Shown: positions 28,472 to 38,343 of the stretch, piece by piece
How positions within the stretch are numbered: the first letter of the stretch is position 1
Layout: each line of letters opens with the position of its first letter
Assembly (NCBI GenBank): GCA_028689495.1
Contig: JAQTWB010000010.1
Coordinates: 1-62,272, forward strand
Source: a bacterium
GTDB taxonomy: Bacteria > Bdellovibrionota_C > UBA2361 > SZUA-149 > JAQTWB01
Reading direction: 5' to 3'
Length of the DNA: 62,272 nucleotides
Position numbers and translations under genes: made by a program
Notes under the pieces: generated by a model
The model's input: only the letters and a program-made list of their open reading frames with translations
The model's database searches: none
Told to the model about the DNA's origin: nothing

Positions 28472-31400
28472 TAAGTTAATTTCCTCGCATCGCCTTTTAC
28501 TTCCAGGGTCAAGTGGTGGTCGTTGATTCGGTCGCCGTCAAAGACGTGATACCAGGGTGCTGATTCAACATCCTTACCCCGGTCCTTATTCCAGTTGATG
28601 TTGGGTTTGTCGCGCAGGACGCCTGCGCCTTTCTTGCCGACATCGGGCACGCTGAGGAAGGGGCGGATGTTGAGGCGAACACCGTCGTTGAGATCGGGGT
28701 CCCAGCCGATGGGCTGTTTTTCCAGTGGTTTCCAGCGAACAAAGATGTCATAGGGCGCTTGGCCTTCGAGAATCAGCTCCAGCTTTTTCTTGAGGCTTTC
28801 TGCTGCGGCTAGGCGTTCCTGGGCTCCGTCCACTTTACTGGCGATGTCCTGTTTCTGGCGGCTGATCCAGTCGCCCAGATAGGTATATATCAGGGTTTCA
28901 AGCAGCTTGGCGTCGAGCTTGTGGTAGTTGACCAGGGCGGCGAATCCGTCTGGCAGGCCATCCCAGATGTGCCAGATGAAGGGGCGATGCTGGAACAGCT
29001 TGCAGTGCTGAGTGAAGAACTTCTCCCGCAGCCAGGTCTCCAGTGTCTTGCCCGCGTGATCGGCGCTTTTGAGCAGCGCGGCCAGGGGAACGGTAGCCAG
29101 ACCATCTTGGTCTGGACTTTCAGAAGAATTACCAGAGCTAGAAGCTCTGGCTACCTTGTAGGCGGCGGCCAGCAGGTTCAGCAGGCGGTCGGACGCAGAT
29201 GCTTCACCCCGTACCGGCGGGATGCAGACGATGCCGTCATCATCAGCGTAGCTAGATAGGCTTTCGCAGCGCTTAACCCATTCGCGCTGCTCCTCGGCCA
29301 GTTCCATGCTGGCATCCAACTCGGCAGGCCAACGGTAGCCGAGGAGTCGGGCAACTGCGACTTGCAGCACGGTAGCGTCGGTGCGCAGAGTTGAAGCGGA
29401 TTCCAACCGCTTTGTTTCTTCATTCCAAACTACCGAACCACACGGATGGCCGTGGAAGATCCATTGGGTGGGGTCGTTGGTGTAGGGTTTAGGGAGACCG
29501 TTCGGATATTTTTCTTCTGCGACTTTTGTCCAGCGGTCGAGGTCAAAGGGGACTTTTGTTATTGTCGCGGCGGTAACCTTTAATGCTTGGTCGACAGCGC
29601 GAACGTTTTCATGGAACACATCTGACTCTACATAAGCAAAAATTGCAGGAATAACATTCTCGGTAGATGGGCAAATCGGACATATGTTGTCATCGAAAGC
29701 CTCACCATTATAAAGAAATGGCTCTAACTTTCTCATTTTGTTGACAACAACGCCTCTACGACAAAAAACACTTTGACCGTGTAGGCGGCATCCAAGCTGC
29801 GTGTTTAGCTCGACATCATCTAAGGGAACTTTGCAAAGCTGTGAGCGACCAGTCCATGGATTTCCAGCATTTGGTGAGTTAAGCCAATAAACATGGGTCT
29901 TTTCGCCCTCGGGGAACTCCCAGAAGTACATCAAAAACCTTGGCCCATCCCCAGTTGTGCTTCCTTTTCCATAGTCAGCTATTTCAGCTAGTAGAGGCAG
30001 ACTTTGAAACTTTTCAAAGCCAACCCTAGCATCCGGATTCTCCAACTGCTTCGCTTGCTCAACGCTCTTGATTTCTGCCGTCCGCAGTTGCGCCGCTTTT
30101 TCGGTAGCGGTGCGGGGCTCGGAGACATCAACACCGCGAATCAGGTTAGGAGCAGCATCGTGGTGTGGCCTGTCGCCTTCAGACCAGAGCTGGAAGCTCT
30201 GGCTACCTTCTGCGCCACGGCTGAGGATGATCATTGCTACGAACGCACCCGCTGCCGCTGACGAATCAAATCCGCCTTCACCCAACCGCGCTATCAGATG
30301 CCAGGTGTCTCTCTTTAGCAGCTTCTCGCGGAATTTTTTGTAGCTGGTCAGGAAGAGCCAGTTCTGTGGCAAGACGATGCTGGACGTGCCGCCCTCAACG
30401 CAAAGTTCCAAACAGCGCTCGAGAAATACAGTCGCCAGATCGTTCTTCGCCGCCGGATAGTGTCTTTCGCAGAAATCCCTCAGTCCCTCAGTTTGCTTGC
30501 CTCGCGCCAGATATGGCACATTGGTGATGACCCAATGATATCGCTGTGCGAGCAGGGTTACAGCTTTTGCTACGCCGCGCGCTACCACGGCTGTCTCGTG
30601 ATGTTCAAAAGGAGCTTCGGCACCAACAGCCTGCTCCAACACCTGGCACACATCGTTCCAACCAAAACCAAAGTTATTTTTAGGCCCGACAAGCTCGGAT
30701 GCCTCTGTTTTGTGTGGGTCTATCAAACTTCCCAGTATAGGTGCCCGAGCAAATAGATCGTGTAGAATCCCCAGCGCTAAATATATGTTCTGCTTCCGAG
30801 CACCAAGTTGACGCCATTCCTCTCGACTCATAGTTACCGACAACCCAGAGCAGGCCAGATGAAGTTCAGGCAGCACACGGTAGCCACCGGCGTTCGGGTA
30901 TTTCCAGGCGGTCAGCGCCAGGGCAAAAGCGGCCAGCTCCACGCAACGCTGATCCAGTTCCAGACCATGGATGTTTTCCCTCAGCACCGCATCAACTGCG
31001 TCCCTGGCCGACAACCCCTCGCGCTCCATGCGCATCGGCACCAGCATCAGGAAGGCTGCCACCAGGAAATGGCCCGAACCGCAGCAGGGGTCGAGGATCT
31101 TCAGATCGGCAAGTTGCTCCGGCCAGCTGTCAAAGGTCCCAGCCGCCGGCATAAAGGTAGCCGGACCATCCTGGTCTGGCACCTCCAATCCAGCAAATTC
31201 CTCCGACCCGGGTGTTATGGTAGCCAGACCATCTTGGTCTGGCCTCTTCCAACGCCACTTCCAATCGCCCAACCCCGCTTTATCGGGGTTATCCCACGTG
31301 TACTGGATCTGAAAAAAATACTCTTTCTCAGACCTGATGATGTGGTTGTAAGCGTCTTCCTGCCATAAATGACCCTTTCGACCCAGATACTTATTGGCCT

Positions 31401-32760
31401 CATTAGCGGTGAAAGACTTCCAGGAATGTATAATTCCGGACAGCTCCCATCCTTGATGGGGCTCCACAATGACATGCACATGATTGGGCATTATGCACCA
31501 GGCGTGCAATTGATAACGCTCCCCATCAAAATAGCGCAAAGCATTAGCGACCATATCGGCAATATCCGGGTTGACGAGACAACATTCGCCAGCTCCCGAA
31601 TCCAGGAAAGCCTCAATTCGTTCGGAATAAAGGAACTGGATGCGCTTTTGCTCCTCTTCATTGAGGGGGCGATTGGCAAGGATAGCCTGATCTTCGATCG
31701 CTTTGCGTTCCGCAAACCAGGCATCACGTTTGGCAGAGGGGACCGAATCAGCAAGACGAAAACAAACATGGTAAATGGCCCGGTCGCAGGTCCAATGCGG
31801 TAAATTTTCGCCTTTTGTGATTGAGAGAGAAGTTTCGTCCAATCCCGGGATGCTGAGAAGGCCAGACCAGGATGGTCTGGCTACCTTTTCGCGGCACCGA
31901 TGCGTCTGTGGCTCGCTGGGGATGCCAGAGCTTCCAGCTCTGGCGACAACAAAACGCAGATAGTCCAGCGGCACACCGGGGATAGCCGCCTTCCGGCGCA
32001 GTTCCTCTTCGCTGCTGGCGTTTTTAAGGTCGGCTTCGCTGAGCCGTCTTGCCGCCCACCAGGCGCCCAAAGAGTTGTCGAGCAGGAAGCTGACCATATA
32101 GGGCTCGGTGAAGAGCTGGGTGACGGCAGGCAACTCCCTGCTGCCTATCTTAACTTCCGATTTGTTGATCCGTTCTTTATTGTCGGCCTGCCAGAACTGA
32201 TAGACCCAGCCCAAAGAATCCGAGGCAGTGAAAACCGGAAGCTCCAGATCCGCCACCAGGCGCTCGAGTTTTTGCTGATGCTCGGGTGGCAAGCTCAGTT
32301 GGAATACCGGCGAGTCGAGCCGGAAGATCTGCGGCAGCATGCGGGCAGCAAACCGGGCGGCCAGCTCCCAACCGTTAGCCGCGCCTTCATCGGCGGCGAG
32401 GTCTTCACACTCTTCGAGGGTGACTGCTACTGGATCGTCCGGGTCGGGATACATCAGCAGATTGTTCTCGGCCAAAAATCGCGCGAATAGCATGCGGTGC
32501 CAGTGCTCGTAGGCAACCTCTTCGATCAGGCGATCCATGGTTTGAATCTTGCTGCCATTGAGTGAATCACCCAGTTGCCGGCCGTGAACGCGCAGCTTAC
32601 GGCGCAGCTCCCGTTCCTGTTCGCTCAGGTGCGCAAAGGGCGCGGTTTCACCCACGGCAAGCTGTTCCAGCGCGGCTCGGGCAGCGTCCTCGGCAATATC
32701 ACGCGCATCTTTGATGGTGCGTTCGAGTCGGTTTCTCAATGTTTTGTCGAGCGGCTGCAT
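28471..32760 (-). CDS. pglX: BREX adenine-specific DNA methyltransferase PglX, enlarged to 1429 aa by in-frame palindromic insertions.
   Basis: Methyltransferase motif I DPCCGSGHFLVAAF and motif IV NVPY (VITNVPYLARGK). It sits between brxC and pglZ. At least six ~26-bp palindromes are inserted in frame. Confidence 0.85.
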   Translation of the reverse strand: MQPLDKTLRNRLERTIKDARDIAEDAARAALEQLAVGETAPFAHLSEQERELRRKLRVHGRQLGDSLNGSKIQTMDRLIEEVAYEHWHRMLFARFLAENNLLMYPDPDDPVAVTLEECEDLAADEGAANGWELAARFAARMLPQIFRLDSPVFQLSLPPEHQQKLERLVADLELPVFTASDSLGWVYQFWQADNKERINKSEVKIGSRELPAVTQLFTEPYMVSFLLDNSLGAWWAARRLSEADLKNASSEEELRRKAAIPGVPLDYLRFVVARAGSSGIPSEPQTHRCREKVARPSWSGLLSIPGLDETSLSITKGENLPHWTCDRAIYHVCFRLADSVPSAKRDAWFAERKAIEDQAILANRPLNEEEQKRIQFLYSERIEAFLDSGAGECCLVNPDIADMVANALRYFDGERYQLHAWCIMPNHVHVIVEPHQGWELSGIIHSWKSFTANEANKYLGRKGHLWQEDAYNHIIRSEKEYFFQIQYTWDNPDKAGLGDWKWRWKRPDQDGLATITPGSEEFAGLEVPDQDGPATFMPAAGTFDSWPEQLADLKILDPCCGSGHFLVAAFLMLVPMRMEREGLSARDAVDAVLRENIHGLELDQRCVELAAFALALTAWKYPNAGGYRVLPELHLACSGLSVTMSREEWRQLGARKQNIYLALGILHDLFARAPILGSLIDPHKTEASELVGPKNNFGFGWNDVCQVLEQAVGAEAPFEHHETAVVARGVAKAVTLLAQRYHWVITNVPYLARGKQTEGLRDFCERHYPAAKNDLATVFLERCLELCVEGGTSSIVLPQNWLFLTSYKKFREKLLKRDTWHLIARLGEGGFDSSAAAGAFVAMIILSRGAEGSQSFQLWSEGDRPHHDAAPNLIRGVDVSEPRTATEKAAQLRTAEIKSVEQAKQLENPDARVGFEKFQSLPLLAEIADYGKGSTTGDGPRFLMYFWEFPEGEKTHVYWLNSPNAGNPWTGRSQLCKVPLDDVELNTQLGCRLHGQSVFCRRGVVVNKMRKLEPFLYNGEAFDDNICPICPSTENVIPAIFAYVESDVFHENVRAVDQALKVTAATITKVPFDLDRWTKVAEEKYPNGLPKPYTNDPTQWIFHGHPCGSVVWNEETKRLESASTLRTDATVLQVAVARLLGYRWPAELDASMELAEEQREWVKRCESLSSYADDDGIVCIPPVRGEASASDRLLNLLAAAYKVARASSSGNSSESPDQDGLATVPLAALLKSADHAGKTLETWLREKFFTQHCKLFQHRPFIWHIWDGLPDGFAALVNYHKLDAKLLETLIYTYLGDWISRQKQDIASKVDGAQERLAAAESLKKKLELILEGQAPYDIFVRWKPLEKQPIGWDPDLNDGVRLNIRPFLSVPDVGKKGAGVLRDKPNINWNKDRGKDVESAPWYHVFDGDRINDHHLTLEVKGDARKLT

Positions 32761-32769
32761 TTCTTACCC

Positions 32770-34311
32770 CTACTTCCGTATCGCTTTTAGCATCCGCATT
32801 CCTTTACGGGTCAGGCGGTATTGCTGTTTTTTGCTGCGCGGTGCTTCGGGAAGTGTTCGTTCCAGAGCGGCCACTTCCTCTAACAGGCGAACAATTGCTT
32901 TCTTGTAATTCCCAGTGCGTGAAGAGTAACCGAGAATGCTTAGCAGCTCGGTTGAACCTCTCGGAAAGGCTTCACATGCCTCCAGGATCTTTCGCTCTAT
33001 TTCGCTCAACTCATGGGCCTCATCATGGGCCTCATCATGGGCTATACCGAGTGACTCGGGGTGAACTGGCAAACGAAAGAGGAAGTAACTGTGCTCTTCA
33101 TCTGTTTCAAATATTGGCTGGGGCGAACCGTTTCTTTCAACGGCGCGCATGATCTTGGGAATGCCGGTTGAGCGCCCCTCAGTCAGATCTAACTCTTTAA
33201 AGAACTCACCAATTCGACGATTCCTGTAGCGACGGCTAATTGCCTTGCCCATGCGCAGGTCCGCCATTCGGATCGAGCGATCCGGGCCGGGAAAACTAAG
33301 AATTACCAGTTCATCGGGTGAGATACGGACCTCTATGGGTTCGCGCTCTTCGTAAGAGCGATGATAAACAGCGTTGACCAATGCCTCTTCAACCGCCGCG
33401 TAGGGAAAGTTCCAGATGCGATCAGCTTCCGCTCTGTTCGGGTGCTTGATAATGGTCTCTTTCAGATAATTTCTCTGTATGTGACTCAGGGCATCTCGCG
33501 TCATACGAGCCAGGGGCCCTGTAAACACCTTCTCTTCGAATTTATCCCCACCGGGACCGTCCGGAAACCAGACCACATCTATTTGGGTGGCGGGAAAGAA
33601 TGATTCAGGGTGCTCATTAAAAAACATCAGCCCGATATTTTTGGGAAAAGCGGCTTCGGTTCGCCCACCAACAACATTCATTTGGCGGCCAAGTGCCTCG
33701 ATCGATATCGTCGAAGCATCATCTGCGAGATCGCTGCCAACCTCGCGCAAAAACTCTTCGATCAACCGCGGGGATAGATCCTCCATGCTCGCCCTTTGAT
33801 TGTATCGATCGTCGAATGGAACAGTTGCCGCCAAACCAATCAACTCACGCTCATCATCATTCCTGGCACGTACCGTGCTCGATTGCCTGCGAATGTAGTA
33901 GGCCCAGTCGGAGGACGTTTCCGATAGGCTTACTCGCGCTTTGTAGGGACGTGTTTCACCGCCGGGGGCCCAGATCGCAAGTATCATCTTGCCACCAATC
34001 GTAATCGGCGAAGTTAGCGGATGATACGCCGGTTGAATGGCCTGGTGCCCAAGCCTGAGTATCTCTTTCTGGATCTCATCGACCTGATTCTCGGCAATCC
34101 CCTTCGGTGGCAAAACAGGTTGTCCTTCGCGCTCTTCCACTCCGATGAGGATGTAACCGCCGCCTAGATTATGAAAATCGTTGGCAAATGCACAAATCGA
34201 ATGCAGGACATCCTGCGGGTTCCACCCTGCCTTAAACTCAAGTCGTTCCCATTCGACAGACTTGCCATGTAAAAGGTCGTCGACAGCTATTGGCAAGGCC
34301 AGTGTGCTCAT
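32770..34311 (-). CDS. AlbA_2 (Schlafen-like) plus HATPase_c_4-type protein, of the kind often annotated 'RecG-like helicase/transcriptional regulator', embedded between brxC and pglX.
   Basis: The N-terminus (LHGKSVEWERLEFKAGWNPQ...FANDFHNLGGGYILIGVEE) is typical of the AlbA_2 domain. A C-terminal wHTH-like region is present. The start is chosen at MSTLALP (34311), whose ATG overlaps the brxC stop (ATGA). Confidence 0.55.
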   Translation of the reverse strand: MSTLALPIAVDDLLHGKSVEWERLEFKAGWNPQDVLHSICAFANDFHNLGGGYILIGVEEREGQPVLPPKGIAENQVDEIQKEILRLGHQAIQPAYHPLTSPITIGGKMILAIWAPGGETRPYKARVSLSETSSDWAYYIRRQSSTVRARNDDERELIGLAATVPFDDRYNQRASMEDLSPRLIEEFLREVGSDLADDASTISIEALGRQMNVVGGRTEAAFPKNIGLMFFNEHPESFFPATQIDVVWFPDGPGGDKFEEKVFTGPLARMTRDALSHIQRNYLKETIIKHPNRAEADRIWNFPYAAVEEALVNAVYHRSYEEREPIEVRISPDELVILSFPGPDRSIRMADLRMGKAISRRYRNRRIGEFFKELDLTEGRSTGIPKIMRAVERNGSPQPIFETDEEHSYFLFRLPVHPESLGIAHDEAHDEAHELSEIERKILEACEAFPRGSTELLSILGYSSRTGNYKKAIVRLLEEVAALERTLPEAPRSKKQQYRLTRKGMRMLKAIRK

Positions 34312-37300
34312 ATGATCACTGGCCCCTGATCGATCTGTTCGTTTAGAGCCGCTCCAGCCTGAGCCAACCATTTCTCGACATCCTCCTTCGTCTTCAACGT
34401 CGCCGACGGCAGCCGGGCTCGCTGCGACTTTGGTTCAAGTAACTGTGCCGCTTCCAAAAGGATTGATTGATAACGGCCATCCATAGCCGCAATACGATCC
34501 CTTAACGAGGGCAAAGGATATTTATCAAGTGTATTCAGAATTGATTGAGTATCGGCCACATCGAATTGCGGCGCTCCCTGGCTGGTTAATCCCTGTGGTT
34601 CACGCAGAGCATGCCTTTGCTCGGGTTCAAGCTGTTTCCAGTTCGCATCTGTTTCAAGCTGCTGCTCTCCAGCATCCAAATGGCGCTTCCAAAGGTTTTG
34701 CAGGCAGTTCAGCTCTTGTCTAAATAATTGAGTAATACTGGCAAGCAATGGCGCAACCGGATCCGGATCTTCAAGTAGAAGCCGTTGCTGCTCAATAGTC
34801 ATCACCTGGGCCAGGATAACTTCAGCGTCCTGAAGCCCGGAAGCGTGATTCATCAGACGCTTCAAGACAATCCAGTTGGGCCAGCGCTTGGCGATGCGCT
34901 CGGCGAGATCGGTCCAGCTATCGATGCTGCTGCAAAGTTCATCACGCCGGTTGTAGAGGGCCAGCAGTTGCTCATTACCTGCTGTGCGGCGAATTTCATC
35001 GACGGATGTGGTATCCGGACAAATAGGCTTCGGAGCCTCACCACCTGCCTGGCCGGCCAGTTCCAGCATTTTCTGGAGAAACAGCGGCACGTGAACCAAT
35101 TCCTCGCCCTGCTTCGCCGAAAGGCCGACCTTTTGCAACAGCTTGCGGATCTGGATGCGTTGGGCAGTGGTGACAGTGGCGGATTCCACTTTAAACATCA
35201 CCTTGCTAATGGCCTTGCGCTCCAACTCCCTGGGGTCGAGGGTTTGGCCACGCTCGTCTTGCGCCCGGATCAGCCCAGCCACCAATAGCACTAGGAGACC
35301 GCCATCAATCGCATCGCGGGACCAGCCATAGGGTGAGGCATCAAAATGAGCGCGGATATCCAGGCCTTTCTTGCCACCAGCGATAAAGCCGAGAATAGCT
35401 TTGCACACAGTGTTCTTTGCGGGTTCCCCCTCGTCACCGACCGCCTTGAGGGCATCGGGAGCACCTTTTTGGGCTTTTTCATACACCTTGGCCCAACCGA
35501 CATGATCGGCGGTATGGAACTGCGGGTAGAGCCGTTGCAAAGCGTTATCCGAAGCTTCGAGGATCATTTCCTGCAGATCATTGCCAACTATTTCATTACC
35601 CCCGCCCTGAAAGACGCGGGCTCCAGAGAGGGCTTCATTGAGCAGTTCGCGAATCTTACCTTCAGAGGTCTGCTTGGTAGTCTCCATCGCCGCTCGGGCT
35701 TCGCTGCCTTCTGGAGTATTAGGCGCTCCACGATTGTCCAAAGTGGCGCTGGCGGCCTTGAAATAGATGAGGTGGCGGCGAAGGTCGTCAGCCGCACGCT
35801 TGGGGATAAAGACAAAAACGGTCGGTGACTGATTGCCCGCTTGTCTTGCATCAGCCCGCACCGAATTTTCGTCGATACTCCAGCCATCGCGAACCCAGAC
35901 ACAAATTTTCTGATTGGCGTCGTTGGGCAACTGAGCGTCAAACACCGGATGGATCTCGCGCGCGACTTTCGCATGCCCCTGGACCAAAGAGAGCTTGCGC
36001 ACCATCTCGCCGAATCGATTGCGGATGCGGTCATCGCGTTCTGTCTCAATGCGATGAGCTTCGTTGGACAAGGCGGAGCGCTGGCTTAAGAATTCGTCGT
36101 TCCAGGCTGCGCTTTCTTCAGTCTGTATACGGTATTCATCACCGACCTTCATCAACAGATCGCAATCATCCAACAACCGGGGCAACTTGCTGCGCAAACT
36201 ACTACTGCCGTTGGAAAGATCTTCGACCAGTAGATCGGCAAGGCTATCTATAGAGGCCCGGATGCCGATTTCGTTGTTATGGCTGCCAAGCTTGTTAATA
36301 AGGAACACTAGCCCACAGGCGCGGGCCACCAGTCGTTCGTCTTCAGTACCCTTTATCCAGCTCATCGTCCTCTCGTGAACCTTGCGTGGCAGAATGCGAG
36401 ACTGGAGCAATTTGTCGGCGGAGTCGAAGTAGAGATAGTCAGCCGGCACTACATGACCTAATGGTTCACTCAGCTTGGTCTGGATGACCTTGTGCACCAT
36501 GCTGAGCTGGTTACGGAGCTGGCTATCTGTTCCGGTCTGATCGAGGACCCGCAGTGTGTTTTCCCAAAAACGACGGCGCACTGGCAGAATGGGATAGTCC
36601 TGAGGGAAATGCTGTATATCGTTTTGCCTGTGCCCAATTGTCGTTCCCGCCAGATGTCGGGAGATTTCGCCCAGGTTTGTTTGCATGATTTGCTCGATGG
36701 GCGTCTTTGCTTCCGGCTTTTTAGCCAGAATGACCTGACGAATGACCGTATCAACGTCCGCATCGGATAGTTCCACGCGAACGGTAAAACGCCCTTCGAG
36801 TTTTTTCAGATTACTCGTGCCGGTCACCGCCGTTTGACCGGTGCCGATGAAGATAAGTTTCCCACCAATGTTTTTTGAGCAAGCTTCTACCGCCTCCTGG
36901 ACATCATGGGATCGTTGACCGTCTTCCCCAATAAACTGCTGCACCTCATCGAGAACCACCAATGTCAGGGGGAATTTGCAATCTTTCATCAGGGCCTGCC
37001 GAATGGCCTTAAGCATATCATCGCTGGAAATGTCCTGAACGTAAGGGTAGAGATTGTTCAGGGTCTCAACACAAGATACGGGCGATGAAAAGAGCTTGGG
37101 CTTAGCCTGAACCAGGGCATCATGAAGCCCCTCCGCGACATAGAAGTTGTCCAGCTCTTCGTCCCAGTCAAGGCCATTCTGCTCAACATGGGTGCGGATC
37201 TGATCATAGATGCCTTCGTGTTTGAGCCACATGACGAAGCGGGCAACCGGATATTGCTCGGGTAATCCGGCCGATTTGAAAATGATGCGCAGGAGCGCCA

Positions 37301-37748
37301 GCCGGACACTGCCGCTCGCGCTGGCACCCAAAGTACCGGATGCCGCATGCAGGCCACCATGGCGCTTCGCCTGAGTGCTCAGTTCCTTGAAATTATCAGT
37401 AATACCTTGCGGCAGGTTGGCAATGCCGCGAGCCGTGGCTCCATCCTCAAAGGTAGTGTCGACCCAAAGCGCACGAAGCATTTTGACGAGGTGCGATTTA
37501 CCTGATCCGTAAAAACCACTAACCCAGACCGCAGGTTGCTGCGCCTGGTCGATGTTTTTGAGGTAAGTCTCGAGAATGTGCAACATTCCTTTCTCGTATT
37601 GGCCGTCACAAACGAAAGTCTCGAGCTCATACCGTAGCACCTCCAGCGCTTGGCAGGTCTTTTCGTCGTTGACGCTTGCCACCCCCTCGTTAACCAGTTT
37701 TCGGGTGGCCGGATCTTTTTGGAATATATCGCGATTATTCATCATCAT
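34308..37748 (-). CDS. brxC: BREX ATPase BrxC (PglY).
   Basis: P-loop VWVSGFYGSGKSHLVKMLRALW. About 1150 aa. Follows brxB. The start is chosen at MMMNNRDIFQKD with AAGG 3 nt upstream; the ORF extends to 37853. Confidence 0.85.
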   Translation of the reverse strand: MMMNNRDIFQKDPATRKLVNEGVASVNDEKTCQALEVLRYELETFVCDGQYEKGMLHILETYLKNIDQAQQPAVWVSGFYGSGKSHLVKMLRALWVDTTFEDGATARGIANLPQGITDNFKELSTQAKRHGGLHAASGTLGASASGSVRLALLRIIFKSAGLPEQYPVARFVMWLKHEGIYDQIRTHVEQNGLDWDEELDNFYVAEGLHDALVQAKPKLFSSPVSCVETLNNLYPYVQDISSDDMLKAIRQALMKDCKFPLTLVVLDEVQQFIGEDGQRSHDVQEAVEACSKNIGGKLIFIGTGQTAVTGTSNLKKLEGRFTVRVELSDADVDTVIRQVILAKKPEAKTPIEQIMQTNLGEISRHLAGTTIGHRQNDIQHFPQDYPILPVRRRFWENTLRVLDQTGTDSQLRNQLSMVHKVIQTKLSEPLGHVVPADYLYFDSADKLLQSRILPRKVHERTMSWIKGTEDERLVARACGLVFLINKLGSHNNEIGIRASIDSLADLLVEDLSNGSSSLRSKLPRLLDDCDLLMKVGDEYRIQTEESAAWNDEFLSQRSALSNEAHRIETERDDRIRNRFGEMVRKLSLVQGHAKVAREIHPVFDAQLPNDANQKICVWVRDGWSIDENSVRADARQAGNQSPTVFVFIPKRAADDLRRHLIYFKAASATLDNRGAPNTPEGSEARAAMETTKQTSEGKIRELLNEALSGARVFQGGGNEIVGNDLQEMILEASDNALQRLYPQFHTADHVGWAKVYEKAQKGAPDALKAVGDEGEPAKNTVCKAILGFIAGGKKGLDIRAHFDASPYGWSRDAIDGGLLVLLVAGLIRAQDERGQTLDPRELERKAISKVMFKVESATVTTAQRIQIRKLLQKVGLSAKQGEELVHVPLFLQKMLELAGQAGGEAPKPICPDTTSVDEIRRTAGNEQLLALYNRRDELCSSIDSWTDLAERIAKRWPNWIVLKRLMNHASGLQDAEVILAQVMTIEQQRLLLEDPDPVAPLLASITQLFRQELNCLQNLWKRHLDAGEQQLETDANWKQLEPEQRHALREPQGLTSQGAPQFDVADTQSILNTLDKYPLPSLRDRIAAMDGRYQSILLEAAQLLEPKSQRARLPSATLKTKEDVEKWLAQAGAALNEQIDQGPVII

Positions 37749-37767
37749 GCCTTGATTGGTTGGGCGT

Positions 37768-38343
37768 TCAAAATTCTTTGTCGGCAGTGATCGGCACAGC
37801 GAGATAGTTCCACCCGTCATATCCATCCAACAGTCGATAGTTGTTGTTTTCATAGCTGCCGGGGAAAAAAACCAGCAGCCGTCCCTTGACCATTGGGGCT
37901 AATTTGTCGACAACCTCTTTAACTTTCAGAAATCCAAAAAGCGAACCAACCCCCTGAATTGCCACAACGGCGTCCGATCCAATGTCGTTTTTCTCGACAA
38001 AGCCCTTGAATTCATCGGTGATGAATTCAAGATACTTCGGCAGCAGCGTGGAAAGCAGATGTGGCTTCTGGAAATAGCTCTTGGCGTATCGTTGTGAGAC
38101 GAGCCAAATTGCAAATGTATCAGTCAGGTCGAACATCGCCCATTGGTGGCCGGCCTCTCGCGTGACGATTTCAAATTCATCGACTTTGTTGCGTAGCCAG
38201 CGTTCTTCAGTTTCGTTGTAGACACAGAAGATAACGCGCTGTGCCGCGGCGGCATCGTCGCGCCACGGGACGGAGATGTATTTACTATAGGATCGTATAA
38301 GCCGTTTAACCTTGCTCACGAAGCCACTCCATTTCTTCTTCAT
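37768..38343 (-). CDS. brxB: BREX protein BrxB (DUF1788-like).
   Basis: 191 aa. The C-terminal RLLVFFPGSYENNNYRLLDGYDGWNYLAVPI fits the BrxB signature. Located between brxA and brxC. Confidence 0.7.
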   Translation of the reverse strand: MKKKWSGFVSKVKRLIRSYSKYISVPWRDDAAAAQRVIFCVYNETEERWLRNKVDEFEIVTREAGHQWAMFDLTDTFAIWLVSQRYAKSYFQKPHLLSTLLPKYLEFITDEFKGFVEKNDIGSDAVVAIQGVGSLFGFLKVKEVVDKLAPMVKGRLLVFFPGSYENNNYRLLDGYDGWNYLAVPITADKEF

